Shown here piece after piece: positions 20,901 to 28,767 of a stretch of DNA of 60,973 bases. The position numbers and the translations under genes are program-made. Numbering within the stretch: the stretch's first letter is position 1; each line of letters opens with the position of its first letter. Source of the stretch: Verrucomicrobiota bacterium. GTDB taxonomy: Bacteria > Verrucomicrobiota > Verrucomicrobiia > Opitutales > Seribacteraceae. Where the stretch lies: assembly GCA_027622665.1 (NCBI GenBank), contig JAQBYT010000021.1, positions 1-60,973 of the forward strand, read 5' to 3'. Under the pieces are notes generated by a model. It saw only the letters and a list, made by a program, of their open reading frames with translations. It had not been told where the DNA came from and searched no databases.

Positions 20901-23900
20901 GCTAGCGTGGATATGAGCTTTTGCTCAGAGAAGGGCTTCTTGGGGTCGAGCGTGCGAGCCATGCGCAGTTCCTTCCGCTCCAGCTTGGCGGCAGGCAGGG
21001 CGACCGGACGGTAGGCCACGTTCCACGAGTCGATGGCGTAAACATGAAGACGCTGGTGGCCCGAGAGGCCTTCCAGATCGATGACGGCGACGCCGTTCTC
21101 GTCGGGTTTCACATTCGCCCAGAGTAAACCGTTGGTCTGGAGGAAGTCCAAGTTGGCATAGTCGGTCGCCGAACCTGCCCCCGAAGAGCGACCCTGGCCC
21201 GCCTTTTTCGAATCTTTAGCCAAATCCATTTTCTTAGCATATTCTCCACCCTTGGCGGCGGCCTGTCTGCCGGTGTCGGTTTTGCGGACCGACCACGGGT
21301 TGAGAATCAGGCCGGGGCGCTTGAGCATGTTTCCCGGATATTTTGGTGCGTACCTGCGATCCAGCACGTAGCGGTATTCCTCTCCGATCTGGCGCTCCTT
21401 CACATAGAGGGAGCGCTGCTTGGTCAAGCGCATCGAGTAGGGCGACGGGATACCGCCCACGTCGATGGCGGCGAACCCGTCCCAATGCGGGACGTAGCGT
21501 GTGGCGTAGACATGCAACCTAGTAAGCTTGTCGGCGTTCCCGAGGCGAACCGTCGCCTTGCCGCCCTCGATGGCGACCGAGCGAATCTGGACGGGATCGA
21601 GCCGGTTGTCCTCAAGGACACGGTTGCCTGATAAGACGAAACCGTGTCCACGTTTTCCCTCCGTCACTCGGATGGTGATCTTCTGGCGGGTGTTCTTGAG
21701 GAATAATTCGTAGTCACCCGGGCCGAGTCCGCGAACGAGAAGAAATCCGCCACGGAGGGAACCCGCCGCCGAATGATCTCTCTCGTAGAAGGAACCTCGC
21801 TTCGAGAGGAGGGAATAGACAGAGGTGTTGTCCGTGTTGTCCGAGACTCCCGGCACGACGACCGCGATGACTTCATCGACCGCGGCATGAATGGACGTCG
21901 GCTGGGCGTTGCGCCCTACTTGGTCGCGGTGAATGGGCCACATGTAGCTTGAGCCATCCGGGTGACGAATACGAATCCACTCGATGCGTGGCATCTTTCC
22001 TAGTCCGATGCGGCCATTCTGGTCCGTCTTCAGACCCAATGTGCGGGTACTGACGAAATCGAGGTGCTTGACTTCTGCGGTCACGGCCCTGTCGACCATG
22101 GACTCCCCGTTTCGACCAAGAACGTCCAAATAGTAATCTCCCTTCAGTTGGCCAAGGTGGACGGCTTCCATCTTGAGGGTGCGTTCCACTTGGTTCACGG
22201 TGAAGGAACGATTGCGAGAGAAGCTTTCCTTTGTCGCGCGGCTAAGGTTCTGTACTTTTCCCGTGAGGATTAGACTGATAGTCGACAATTTATCCGGTAC
22301 AAGAAACTCGTGAATGAAATCTTTCCCTTGTTCGAGCTTCGGCAAATCCATTTCTGTCATGCTCGGGACGCCGTCATGGTCAACCGACTGCACGACGAGT
22401 TTTGCATCCTCCAGCAGTTCGGAAGAAACCGGATAGCCGTTCAGGCGAAGGAGCGGACGGATGACGGCCTTGGCGGTGGTTCCCTTGACGAGGGTCTCCC
22501 GGTCGATGTGGATGCCGGCGTCGAGTTTGTAGTTCTCGCCGAGATGATCAAAGGTGGTCAGAGCGCAGAATTCGCCATCCCGAAGGACTATGCTTCGGCG
22601 ACCGGGACGGTTGCTGAACGGAACCCTCAGGATACCGTGTTTGTCCGTGGAATATTCGGTGCCTTCCAGCCAGATGTCGGTCTTCGGCCGATTCTTGTTG
22701 TTTTCGTCGACTATCCTGAACTCGTGGCCGGCCGGACCAACTTTCTCGAGAACCCGCAGGTTGCCCTTCGTGACGAGGGCCCGACTGCTCTTCCCGTTCC
22801 CGATGAACTCGATGACGTAGACCCCGCGCTTGTTCAGTTCGGGGAAATCGAACTCTCTCTCGGCTCGCAGCATGGGAGCATCCTTGTACTTGAGGACCCG
22901 CTCCCAGGTCGCCGACAGACCGTCCAGGTTGATCGCAGTGTCGACAGGTTTCAGGTTTCGGCTGTAGAAGTTGAAGGTGTTGATCTCAAAGGCCTTTACC
23001 AGGAGCGTGTCGACGTTCTTGACGGCGAGCTTGAGCTTCACTGGTTCAGTTGACTTGAAGAACTCCTTGTTGTCGGCGGGGAAATCGAGATCGATTCGGT
23101 TCTTGAGGGCGTTGACCGCCACCGAGGACAGCATGGAGTACCACTTCTCGGGGTCGCCGACGCCCGCCGTCAGCTTGGCCTCCGCAAACAACGGTTTCAA
23201 GTAGTCGTCCCGCACGAGCTTCGCAAAAGCCTCGTAGTCCTTGTCCTTGACGAAGAACTTGAGGAAAAAGGACCGCACGAGTTCCAGATCGTTGCTGATT
23301 CTGCTCAATCCCGTGTAGGCACTGTAGTCGGCGTTCAGGTTTACCTCGATTCGCCGATCCTTGCGCAACGCTTCCTCCCAGCGCTTTGGGTGGACGTAGA
23401 TTCCTCCGCGCGGAAGTGAAAGGTACTCCAGAAACAACTGGCGATTCCACTCACCCTGTGAACGCTGGAAGGAAAGCATGTGGTAGATGGCGTTTGCCTT
23501 GAGTGAGTTGTGGGCAGGAGCCAAACGCTTGGAGAAATTGTAGATGCGATTGAGATGCTTCCGCTTCTCCTCGTAGTCGTAGGTCACGTCGACGTCGTCG
23601 GACGGCGCCATTTTCGAGAGGTAGACATTGATGAAATTCGAGTTGTCGATCAGATTTGGCTCCAACTGGAGCAGTTCGTCCAGTTGAGGCAGGGTCAAGT
23701 TGCGGTGGATACCGTGGGAACCGAATCCACGACTGAACTTGGCCCTGAGATCCTTCACGACGAAGGCGGGCAGATCGGGAACGTCCGGCCTTTGCAGGCG
23801 ACTCAAGAAATGCCGGAGGCGATCCGGGTTGAGTGCCCCGTACTTGAGGTTCTCGAGACCACGATCTGAAACGCCTTGTAGGTTTTTATACTGGAGAAAC

Positions 23901-24346
23901 GCCTGCCCAAGGAAGGTGTCGTAGCTAATGGCAACGGGGTCGATGTTTGTGGGATGGAGTGGTTTTTGGCCCTCGACGAAGCGACTGTGGTTGAAATTCA
24001 GCCCCAATTCGTTCCTCAGGTGGGTGATGGTTCCGTTCGGGTTCTGCTCGAAATCCAGCAAGGCTTGCCGATTGCGGACTTCCTGTACACGCGATGTGTG
24101 TCCGTGCCGCTTGATCCACAACCCGAGGATACGATTGAGTTCCTGCTGGTCGCCAAGATTCTGGGCGTGCAGGGCATGGTAGTAATAGTAATCGCGCGTT
24201 CCGGGAATCAACTCCTTGAGGGCTTCGGCTCGATCTTCGGCAATGGCGAACTTCTCGACATAGCCAATTGAGTTGGCGCCAAGGTTCCCGAAGATCAGGC
24301 AAGCCATTGTGAAGGAGAAGGAAACAGGAGTCATTCTGATTTTCAT
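17906..24346 (-). CDS. Giant secreted protein (2146 aa), paralogue B, alpha-2-macroglobulin-like features
   Basis: Uninterrupted ORF; signal peptide; shares N-terminal IG(F/Y)VE.F..AEDR.EALKEL and C-terminal YVKVYA..FYKDGYTDLRG.FDY..IREAKPPTQ with paralogue A. Confidence 0.9.
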   Translation of the reverse strand: MKIRMTPVSFSFTMACLIFGNLGANSIGYVEKFAIAEDRAEALKELIPGTRDYYYYHALHAQNLGDQQELNRILGLWIKRHGHTSRVQEVRNRQALLDFEQNPNGTITHLRNELGLNFNHSRFVEGQKPLHPTNIDPVAISYDTFLGQAFLQYKNLQGVSDRGLENLKYGALNPDRLRHFLSRLQRPDVPDLPAFVVKDLRAKFSRGFGSHGIHRNLTLPQLDELLQLEPNLIDNSNFINVYLSKMAPSDDVDVTYDYEEKRKHLNRIYNFSKRLAPAHNSLKANAIYHMLSFQRSQGEWNRQLFLEYLSLPRGGIYVHPKRWEEALRKDRRIEVNLNADYSAYTGLSRISNDLELVRSFFLKFFVKDKDYEAFAKLVRDDYLKPLFAEAKLTAGVGDPEKWYSMLSSVAVNALKNRIDLDFPADNKEFFKSTEPVKLKLAVKNVDTLLVKAFEINTFNFYSRNLKPVDTAINLDGLSATWERVLKYKDAPMLRAEREFDFPELNKRGVYVIEFIGNGKSSRALVTKGNLRVLEKVGPAGHEFRIVDENNKNRPKTDIWLEGTEYSTDKHGILRVPFSNRPGRRSIVLRDGEFCALTTFDHLGENYKLDAGIHIDRETLVKGTTAKAVIRPLLRLNGYPVSSELLEDAKLVVQSVDHDGVPSMTEMDLPKLEQGKDFIHEFLVPDKLSTISLILTGKVQNLSRATKESFSRNRSFTVNQVERTLKMEAVHLGQLKGDYYLDVLGRNGESMVDRAVTAEVKHLDFVSTRTLGLKTDQNGRIGLGKMPRIEWIRIRHPDGSSYMWPIHRDQVGRNAQPTSIHAAVDEVIAVVVPGVSDNTDNTSVYSLLSKRGSFYERDHSAAGSLRGGFLLVRGLGPGDYELFLKNTRQKITIRVTEGKRGHGFVLSGNRVLEDNRLDPVQIRSVAIEGGKATVRLGNADKLTRLHVYATRYVPHWDGFAAIDVGGIPSPYSMRLTKQRSLYVKERQIGEEYRYVLDRRYAPKYPGNMLKRPGLILNPWSVRKTDTGRQAAAKGGEYAKKMDLAKDSKKAGQGRSSGAGSATDYANLDFLQTNGLLWANVKPDENGVAVIDLEGLSGHQRLHVYAIDSWNVAYRPVALPAAKLERKELRMARTLDPKKPFSEQKLISTLAKGKEFKLADVTTSEIQLYDTLSRVYGLLSTLNGDANLAEFGFILDWPSLKPEEKREKYSAYSCHELNFFLLHKDPAFFGKVIKPYLANKKDKTFMDHWLLEADLSRYLEPFAFSRLNAVEKILMARRGPGGAKAMERYVRELHDMIPPNPEEYNRLFDAAVGSSALETGDKLGLREQQSSQNRRLVESLKKQSAPVENRIVDSLASNFSGGFAGKVASKPQATAASGPLPIFELAEAEKAYAEQAESRYLSEALEDIDNDMLIQAKRSRDKSAWTGEKKKDGEAGYLSADLKERGKARQFYRKLPPTEEWAENNYYKLPIERQNADLILVNAFWNDYAANPEGKPFLSGNFIHATRNFAEMMLALAVLDLPFDAADHEVENEGRTFALKSDKPLVVFHQEIRETEDAEDARDILLSQNFYRADSRFRHERGERLDNFVKDEFLKQIAYGCQVVITNPTSSVRKLRYLTQIPAGAIPLQNGFYSNGRPFRLEPYSTQTHDFYFYFPETGEYPIYPIQVANDKGRVAGAAAFVFKVVDKLSKRDMTSWAWISQNGTEKEVLQYLRDHNMNRIDLDKIAYRMRHDREGGGGKAFFEKALKLLSDRLSYNSTLWSYALYHKDAKWMGEYLSRSGITSRCGLYLNSPLLTINPVQRNFHQHLEYKPLVNARAHRLGKDRKVLNDRLHGQYHRYMNVLKYHPILEDEDLLAVSYYLFLQDRVNEGLKLFGRVQPENVAEKLQHEYLSTYVDFYKGDLASARRRAAKYADYPVDRWRNLFREALGQLDEIDGKGVKPVDDEDREQVQDALASTEPGLELEVEKGEVTIRARNLESCTVNFYPMDVELLFSRKPFVKEDTEHFTSIVPNLSREIDLPKGKDGHSFPLPDEFADRNVMVEVVAAGIREAKAYYANDLAVQIIENYGQVRVTHSDTGKPLPETYVKVYAKLGNGQARFYKDGYTDLRGRFDYASLNTGDLDDARDFSILVLHDRHGAAIREAKPPTQ

Positions 24347-24478
24347 GGCGGGAATTAGGTTCGTTTGGGAAGTGTTCTCGGGAATGGGCTATTACTGTTC
24401 CATGACAGGATGCACATGGAGTCAAAGCATATTAATACTGACGCACGGGAAAGGAACCTCTTAGAACTTTTTTCACAT

Positions 24479-25279
24479 TTACTTCAAATGTTGGCGATAC
24501 GGGCACCAACAGGTCGTGCGTCCTGCGATTTGCTCGCGGACGAGGCTTTTGCCTGAAGCAGGACATGTTCCGCCGTCCTTCCAACGGAAGTGGAATAGCC
24601 AGTCTGGTGGTGGGTCGCCTCCGCGTTTGCCTACCGTTGCGAGGGCTCCGGAGGCGACAAATCGGGTTTCTTCCCAAAGGGCCTTGGACTTCATTGTCGA
24701 AAGTTTACCTGCGGGATGGGCGGGATGAATACGGGCTCGCCAGAGGATTTCGTCGACCATCCAGTTGCCGACCCCCGGAAAGAACTCCTGCATTAGCAGG
24801 ACCGCTTTCACTGGGGAACGAGCACGACGCTTCAGGACGATCCTTACTAGATCGAGTGTAAATAAGTCGGAAGTCACCTTGGGTGGAAGATCGCTCCACC
24901 AAATCGGGGCATCCTTTCCTCGATGGTAGAGAACGCGCCCAAACTGCCTAGGATCCCGAAAGACCAGGCTTCGTTCGTTTTGTCGCAGGACAAGAGCGTC
25001 ATGCTTCCCCGCGAGGTAGTCTGAATCTTCGGTGAACAACCAGCCCGTCATTCCGAGATGCAGACCGAGCCAACGATTATCCGAAAACCGGAACAGCATC
25101 TTCTTCCCGTGCGTTTCCGAACCTGTGAGCGTGGCGCCACGCAACCCCTTTTTTACCTTTGCCGGATCGGTGTCCCGAAAGACACGCGATACGTCTTTTG
25201 TCTCCACCTTGTCGACCACATCACCCATACCGCCTTTCCATGCTTTGCTGGCGAAAGCGACCTCTGCCAGTTCGGGCAT
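24479..25279 (-). CDS. Fpg/Nei-family DNA glycosylase/AP lyase
   Basis: N-terminal MPELAEV, HGK, HLGMTG, DPRQFG, H2TH motif GVGNWMVDEILW, C-terminal GRTTCWCP. Confidence 0.92.
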   Translation of the reverse strand: MPELAEVAFASKAWKGGMGDVVDKVETKDVSRVFRDTDPAKVKKGLRGATLTGSETHGKKMLFRFSDNRWLGLHLGMTGWLFTEDSDYLAGKHDALVLRQNERSLVFRDPRQFGRVLYHRGKDAPIWWSDLPPKVTSDLFTLDLVRIVLKRRARSPVKAVLLMQEFFPGVGNWMVDEILWRARIHPAHPAGKLSTMKSKALWEETRFVASGALATVGKRGGDPPPDWLFHFRWKDGGTCPASGKSLVREQIAGRTTCWCPYRQHLK

Positions 25280-25291
25280 GGGAAATCAGTC

Positions 25292-27022
25292 TCAGGTCGA
25301 GGGACCGAGAGAGAGAAGGTTTTGCCGTGTCTTGACATCGGACTTTCGGTCCGTCACGACCTCGATGACCCGTATGCCCTGTTCCACAGGCTCGCGAATC
25401 AAATTCTCGAAGGTCGTCCAATTCTCGGGTTTTGCGTGCGTGATTTCATGTGCTTCGCAGAGTTTGCCGATGTTCACCTCCTGCGGGGTGGCGAAACATT
25501 TTTCGAAAGGTGGCAGATTCGCGATCGGCAAATTCTCGAAGATGCCTCCGCCATGATTGTTGACCACTACCACCGTAAGACTCCCGTTGGAAATATTCTT
25601 GGCTAGCAAGCCGTTGATGTCATGGAGGAAGGCGAGATCTCCCGTTAGCAGGAAGGTTGGACTTCCAGACGCATGAGCCACGCCCAAGGCAGTTGAAAGT
25701 GTACCGTCGATACCGTTGGCACCTCGATTCCCCCACAGCCGCCTTTTCCCTTTTCCCGCCTGCCAAAACCACTCGACGTCGCGAACCGGCATGCTGCTCG
25801 CAACCACGACGTCGCAATCATCAGGTAATATTTTGGATAAAAGGTGGGTAACTTTTCCCTCGAATAGGTTGGTGATTTGAGCAAAAGCCTCGCTTAACTT
25901 AGCTTCGACTTCCGCCTCGGCTTCCATCCATCTTTCGATCCAACCTTTCTCTGTCTCGATCTTCGGCAAAGACTCGGCCAGTTCCTCGAAGTCGCAGGCA
26001 AGGTGAACGGCTCGCCTGTGCAACCCGTCTACGTTACGACCTGAAGGTTCGACCACCCAAGTGGGTAAATCGAGTCGGTTCAACCACGATCGCAAGGTCT
26101 TGCTCGTGGGGAGAGGACCGAGACTAAGGACGGCGTCGGGAGTTGCTTTGGCCCTAAATGCCTCGTCACGCAGTAGATTTTCAAAATGCAGGACACGTTT
26201 CTGGCAGGTTTCCTCTCGAACTGGTGAAAAGGCGTCTGCCAAGAGGGGGGCGCCCAATTTATTCGCTACTGCTGTGGCGGAATCTCTGAAGCAAGTTTGA
26301 CCTGCTAATACGAGCCAACGGCGAAAAGGTCTTAATGTCGAGAGGTTTTCCGCAAGCAGAGTTCGTGTGGCCACCGGATGGGAAACTTGTTGAAGGAAAT
26401 GATCCCATTCCAAATCTTCCGGCATCGGAGGATTCGCCCATTCCTCTTCCACAAAAAAGGGTTCTCGAAAGGGGAAGTTGAGGTGTACGGGGCCGGGGTT
26501 TGATCCGGTTGCAGTTCCGACAGCTTGCACGATTGTCTGTCTAAGGTAGGAAAGAGCGTCCAAATGGAAGCGAGGTAACGATAATTCATGAAACCATCTG
26601 ACTTGAGTTCCGAAAAGCTTCGTTTGGTCTATTGATTGACCTGCTTGACAGTCTCTGAGTTCGGGTGGTCTATCCGCCGTTAGCAAAAGCAAAGGGATTC
26701 CGGACATGTTTGCTTCGACTGCAGCGGGCAAGAGGTTAGCTGGAGCCGTGCCCGAAGTGCAGACGACCGCAACGGGTTTCTTTGATGTCTTGGCTAGGCC
26801 GATTGCGTAAAAACCGGCGGAGCGCTCGTCGAGTATGGGAAGCGTCTCTAACCCCTTGCATGCTTCGCAAGCTAGAATCAAAGGTGTAGATCGCGAACCG
26901 GGAGAAAAAACCACGTATCGAACGCCTATGGCCGAGAGTGTGCGGGCCAAAGTCGCACCCCAAGATTGAGTGGCTCGGGCGTTGGTTAAACTCGATTCGT
27001 TCATGGAAATATTTCGTATCAT
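25292..27022 (-). CDS. menD: SEPHCHC synthase
   Basis: SPGSRSTPL, DERSAGF, CTSGTA, TADRPPEL, NRGANGIDG, GDLAFLHD, NNHGGGIF; start may be 27004. Confidence 0.96.
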   Translation of the reverse strand: MIRNISMNESSLTNARATQSWGATLARTLSAIGVRYVVFSPGSRSTPLILACEACKGLETLPILDERSAGFYAIGLAKTSKKPVAVVCTSGTAPANLLPAAVEANMSGIPLLLLTADRPPELRDCQAGQSIDQTKLFGTQVRWFHELSLPRFHLDALSYLRQTIVQAVGTATGSNPGPVHLNFPFREPFFVEEEWANPPMPEDLEWDHFLQQVSHPVATRTLLAENLSTLRPFRRWLVLAGQTCFRDSATAVANKLGAPLLADAFSPVREETCQKRVLHFENLLRDEAFRAKATPDAVLSLGPLPTSKTLRSWLNRLDLPTWVVEPSGRNVDGLHRRAVHLACDFEELAESLPKIETEKGWIERWMEAEAEVEAKLSEAFAQITNLFEGKVTHLLSKILPDDCDVVVASSMPVRDVEWFWQAGKGKRRLWGNRGANGIDGTLSTALGVAHASGSPTFLLTGDLAFLHDINGLLAKNISNGSLTVVVVNNHGGGIFENLPIANLPPFEKCFATPQEVNIGKLCEAHEITHAKPENWTTFENLIREPVEQGIRVIEVVTDRKSDVKTRQNLLSLGPST

Positions 27023-28446
27023 GTGCGTTGAAGCGATTCAAGCATGGCGGCAAGCTTGAGGTCGGTTTCCAGCTTTTCGCTAACGGGATCGGAACCTTTT
27101 ACAATTCCTGATCCCGCGTACAAAGCGACTTGTTTGTCGTTAAGGTGACCGCAGCGAAGGGGCACTACGAATTCACCTTCTCCCTCATGGTCGAACCATC
27201 CCGCAACGCCACTGTACCAATCTCTCGAAAATCCTTCGAGCTCTCTCAGGTGCGGCAAGGCTAATTCGCGAGGACTTCCCCCTATGGCCGGAGTGGGGTG
27301 AAGTTCCGCAAGAATGTCGAGGGGATGAAGATTCTTTGACAAGCTCGCTCGAAGGGGGGTTCGTACGTGTTGGAGGTTTGATAAGCGGAGAAGGCGCGGG
27401 CGACCTTCTTCACAATGCTTTAGGCCGAGTGCTTGCAGGCGACGTATAATGGATTCGACGACCAATCGGTGTTCGCGTCCTTCCTTTTCACTATCGAGAA
27501 GAGCTTGGCCCAATTGAGCGTCGGTTCCTGCGTTACCACCTCTGGCGGTGGTGCCGGCAAGTGCTTCCGTTTCGATTCGATCGCCTTCTATGCGCAGGAG
27601 GTTTTCGGGAGTCGCTCCTACCAGCATGCCCGGTCGACGGTCACCGAGGCAAAAAGTGTGGCAGTCCGGAAAACGTTCGCGGAGTTGGTGTGCGAGGGCA
27701 AAAGGAGATAGAGAGCGATCCGAGTCGAAAGTGATTTTGCGCGACAACACGATTTTGTCGAAGCTTTCCGCATCAAGGAGGTCAAGGGCTTTGGCCACGA
27801 TCTCCTCGTAGTCGTTTTGTTCTCGATGTGGCGATAGAATGGGCGGGGGGAGTTGAACGAAGTTGGGAATTTCGGTTTGGTTGCGAAAGTGTGCTAGTTT
27901 TGCGTGCGCGGCCCAAATGCCTTGTGCCATCTCATGAAGGTTGGAGTCTGGTTCAATCTTTGCATTCGCAATTGCATAGTGCCGACCGCCTTTCCGAAGT
28001 ACTTGCCAGCGGGGCATGAACACGGCGAGCGGTGCGGGGTGACCCTCGTTCACGTCATTGTTTTCTTCAAAGGTTGCGGCGAGAGCGAACATGGGGCCGG
28101 CACCGCCGGACGCTAGGTCGCCCGTGGCAATGGTTCGGGAAAATACTTCGGCGGCGAAGCCACGGGCCTCGGAAAAACGAGCGTGACCCGAAAATTCTTG
28201 GTATGCGACTGCTTCTCCACACGATAGCGCGAATTCCTCCGATGGGCGCTCGACGTACCACAAGGGCTTTCCCTCCTCACTGATCGCCTCGAGGATAGCA
28301 AGTGGGTCGATGAAATTAGTTTCGACCGTGATGGAACCGAAATATGGAGAATCTTTTCTTCGGGCTTCACTTTTGCAACGCTCCAAAAATGCGACAAGTG
28401 CCGCTTCATCGCGTGAGGGAAAGTTTTCGACGGGGATGATGCGCAC
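27019..28446 (-). CDS. menF: Isochorismate synthase
   Basis: KIVLSR, GATPE, ALAGT, LHPTPAIGG, YAGSGIV; overlaps the menD start. Confidence 0.92.
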   Translation of the reverse strand: MRIIPVENFPSRDEAALVAFLERCKSEARRKDSPYFGSITVETNFIDPLAILEAISEEGKPLWYVERPSEEFALSCGEAVAYQEFSGHARFSEARGFAAEVFSRTIATGDLASGGAGPMFALAATFEENNDVNEGHPAPLAVFMPRWQVLRKGGRHYAIANAKIEPDSNLHEMAQGIWAAHAKLAHFRNQTEIPNFVQLPPPILSPHREQNDYEEIVAKALDLLDAESFDKIVLSRKITFDSDRSLSPFALAHQLRERFPDCHTFCLGDRRPGMLVGATPENLLRIEGDRIETEALAGTTARGGNAGTDAQLGQALLDSEKEGREHRLVVESIIRRLQALGLKHCEEGRPRLLRLSNLQHVRTPLRASLSKNLHPLDILAELHPTPAIGGSPRELALPHLRELEGFSRDWYSGVAGWFDHEGEGEFVVPLRCGHLNDKQVALYAGSGIVKGSDPVSEKLETDLKLAAMLESLQRT

Positions 28447-28449
28447 GGG

Positions 28450-28767
28450 TCAATTGTTCTTTTGGGACCGGCGATCCTCATCATCGCTGATGACTGGGTC
28501 ATAACCACCCGAGTGAAGAGGGTTGCATTTGGCTATTCGACGGATGCTTTTCCAGAGAGCCATAGGGAGAGGGAATCGTCGTAGGCATTCCAGTGTATAG
28601 GCCGAGCAGGTGGGCGCAAAGCGGCAACCTGCCGTCGGTCCGAGCAAATATTTTTTGAAAGGCGAGAAAAAACGATAGACATGCACGAGAATCACGATAG
28701 GAAACGCGACAATTGCGTTGGCAATGTGGAGGAGTGATCGTTTCGGCGTGAGCCGGTTCTCAGCCAT
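28450..28767 (-). CDS. yidD: Membrane protein insertion efficiency factor
   Basis: CRFAPTCSAY and RIAKCNP..GGYDPV. Confidence 0.92.
   Translation of the reverse strand: MAENRLTPKRSLLHIANAIVAFPIVILVHVYRFFSPFKKYLLGPTAGCRFAPTCSAYTLECLRRFPLPMALWKSIRRIAKCNPLHSGGYDPVISDDEDRRSQKNN

Noticed and set aside
11423..24271. Many long + strand and alternate-frame ORFs over the giant genes (e.g. 11423-12589, 16070-16828, 22310-23053)
   Set aside because: Antisense shadows expected from high GC3 codon usage; V/L/D-rich nonsense translations with no recognisable motifs
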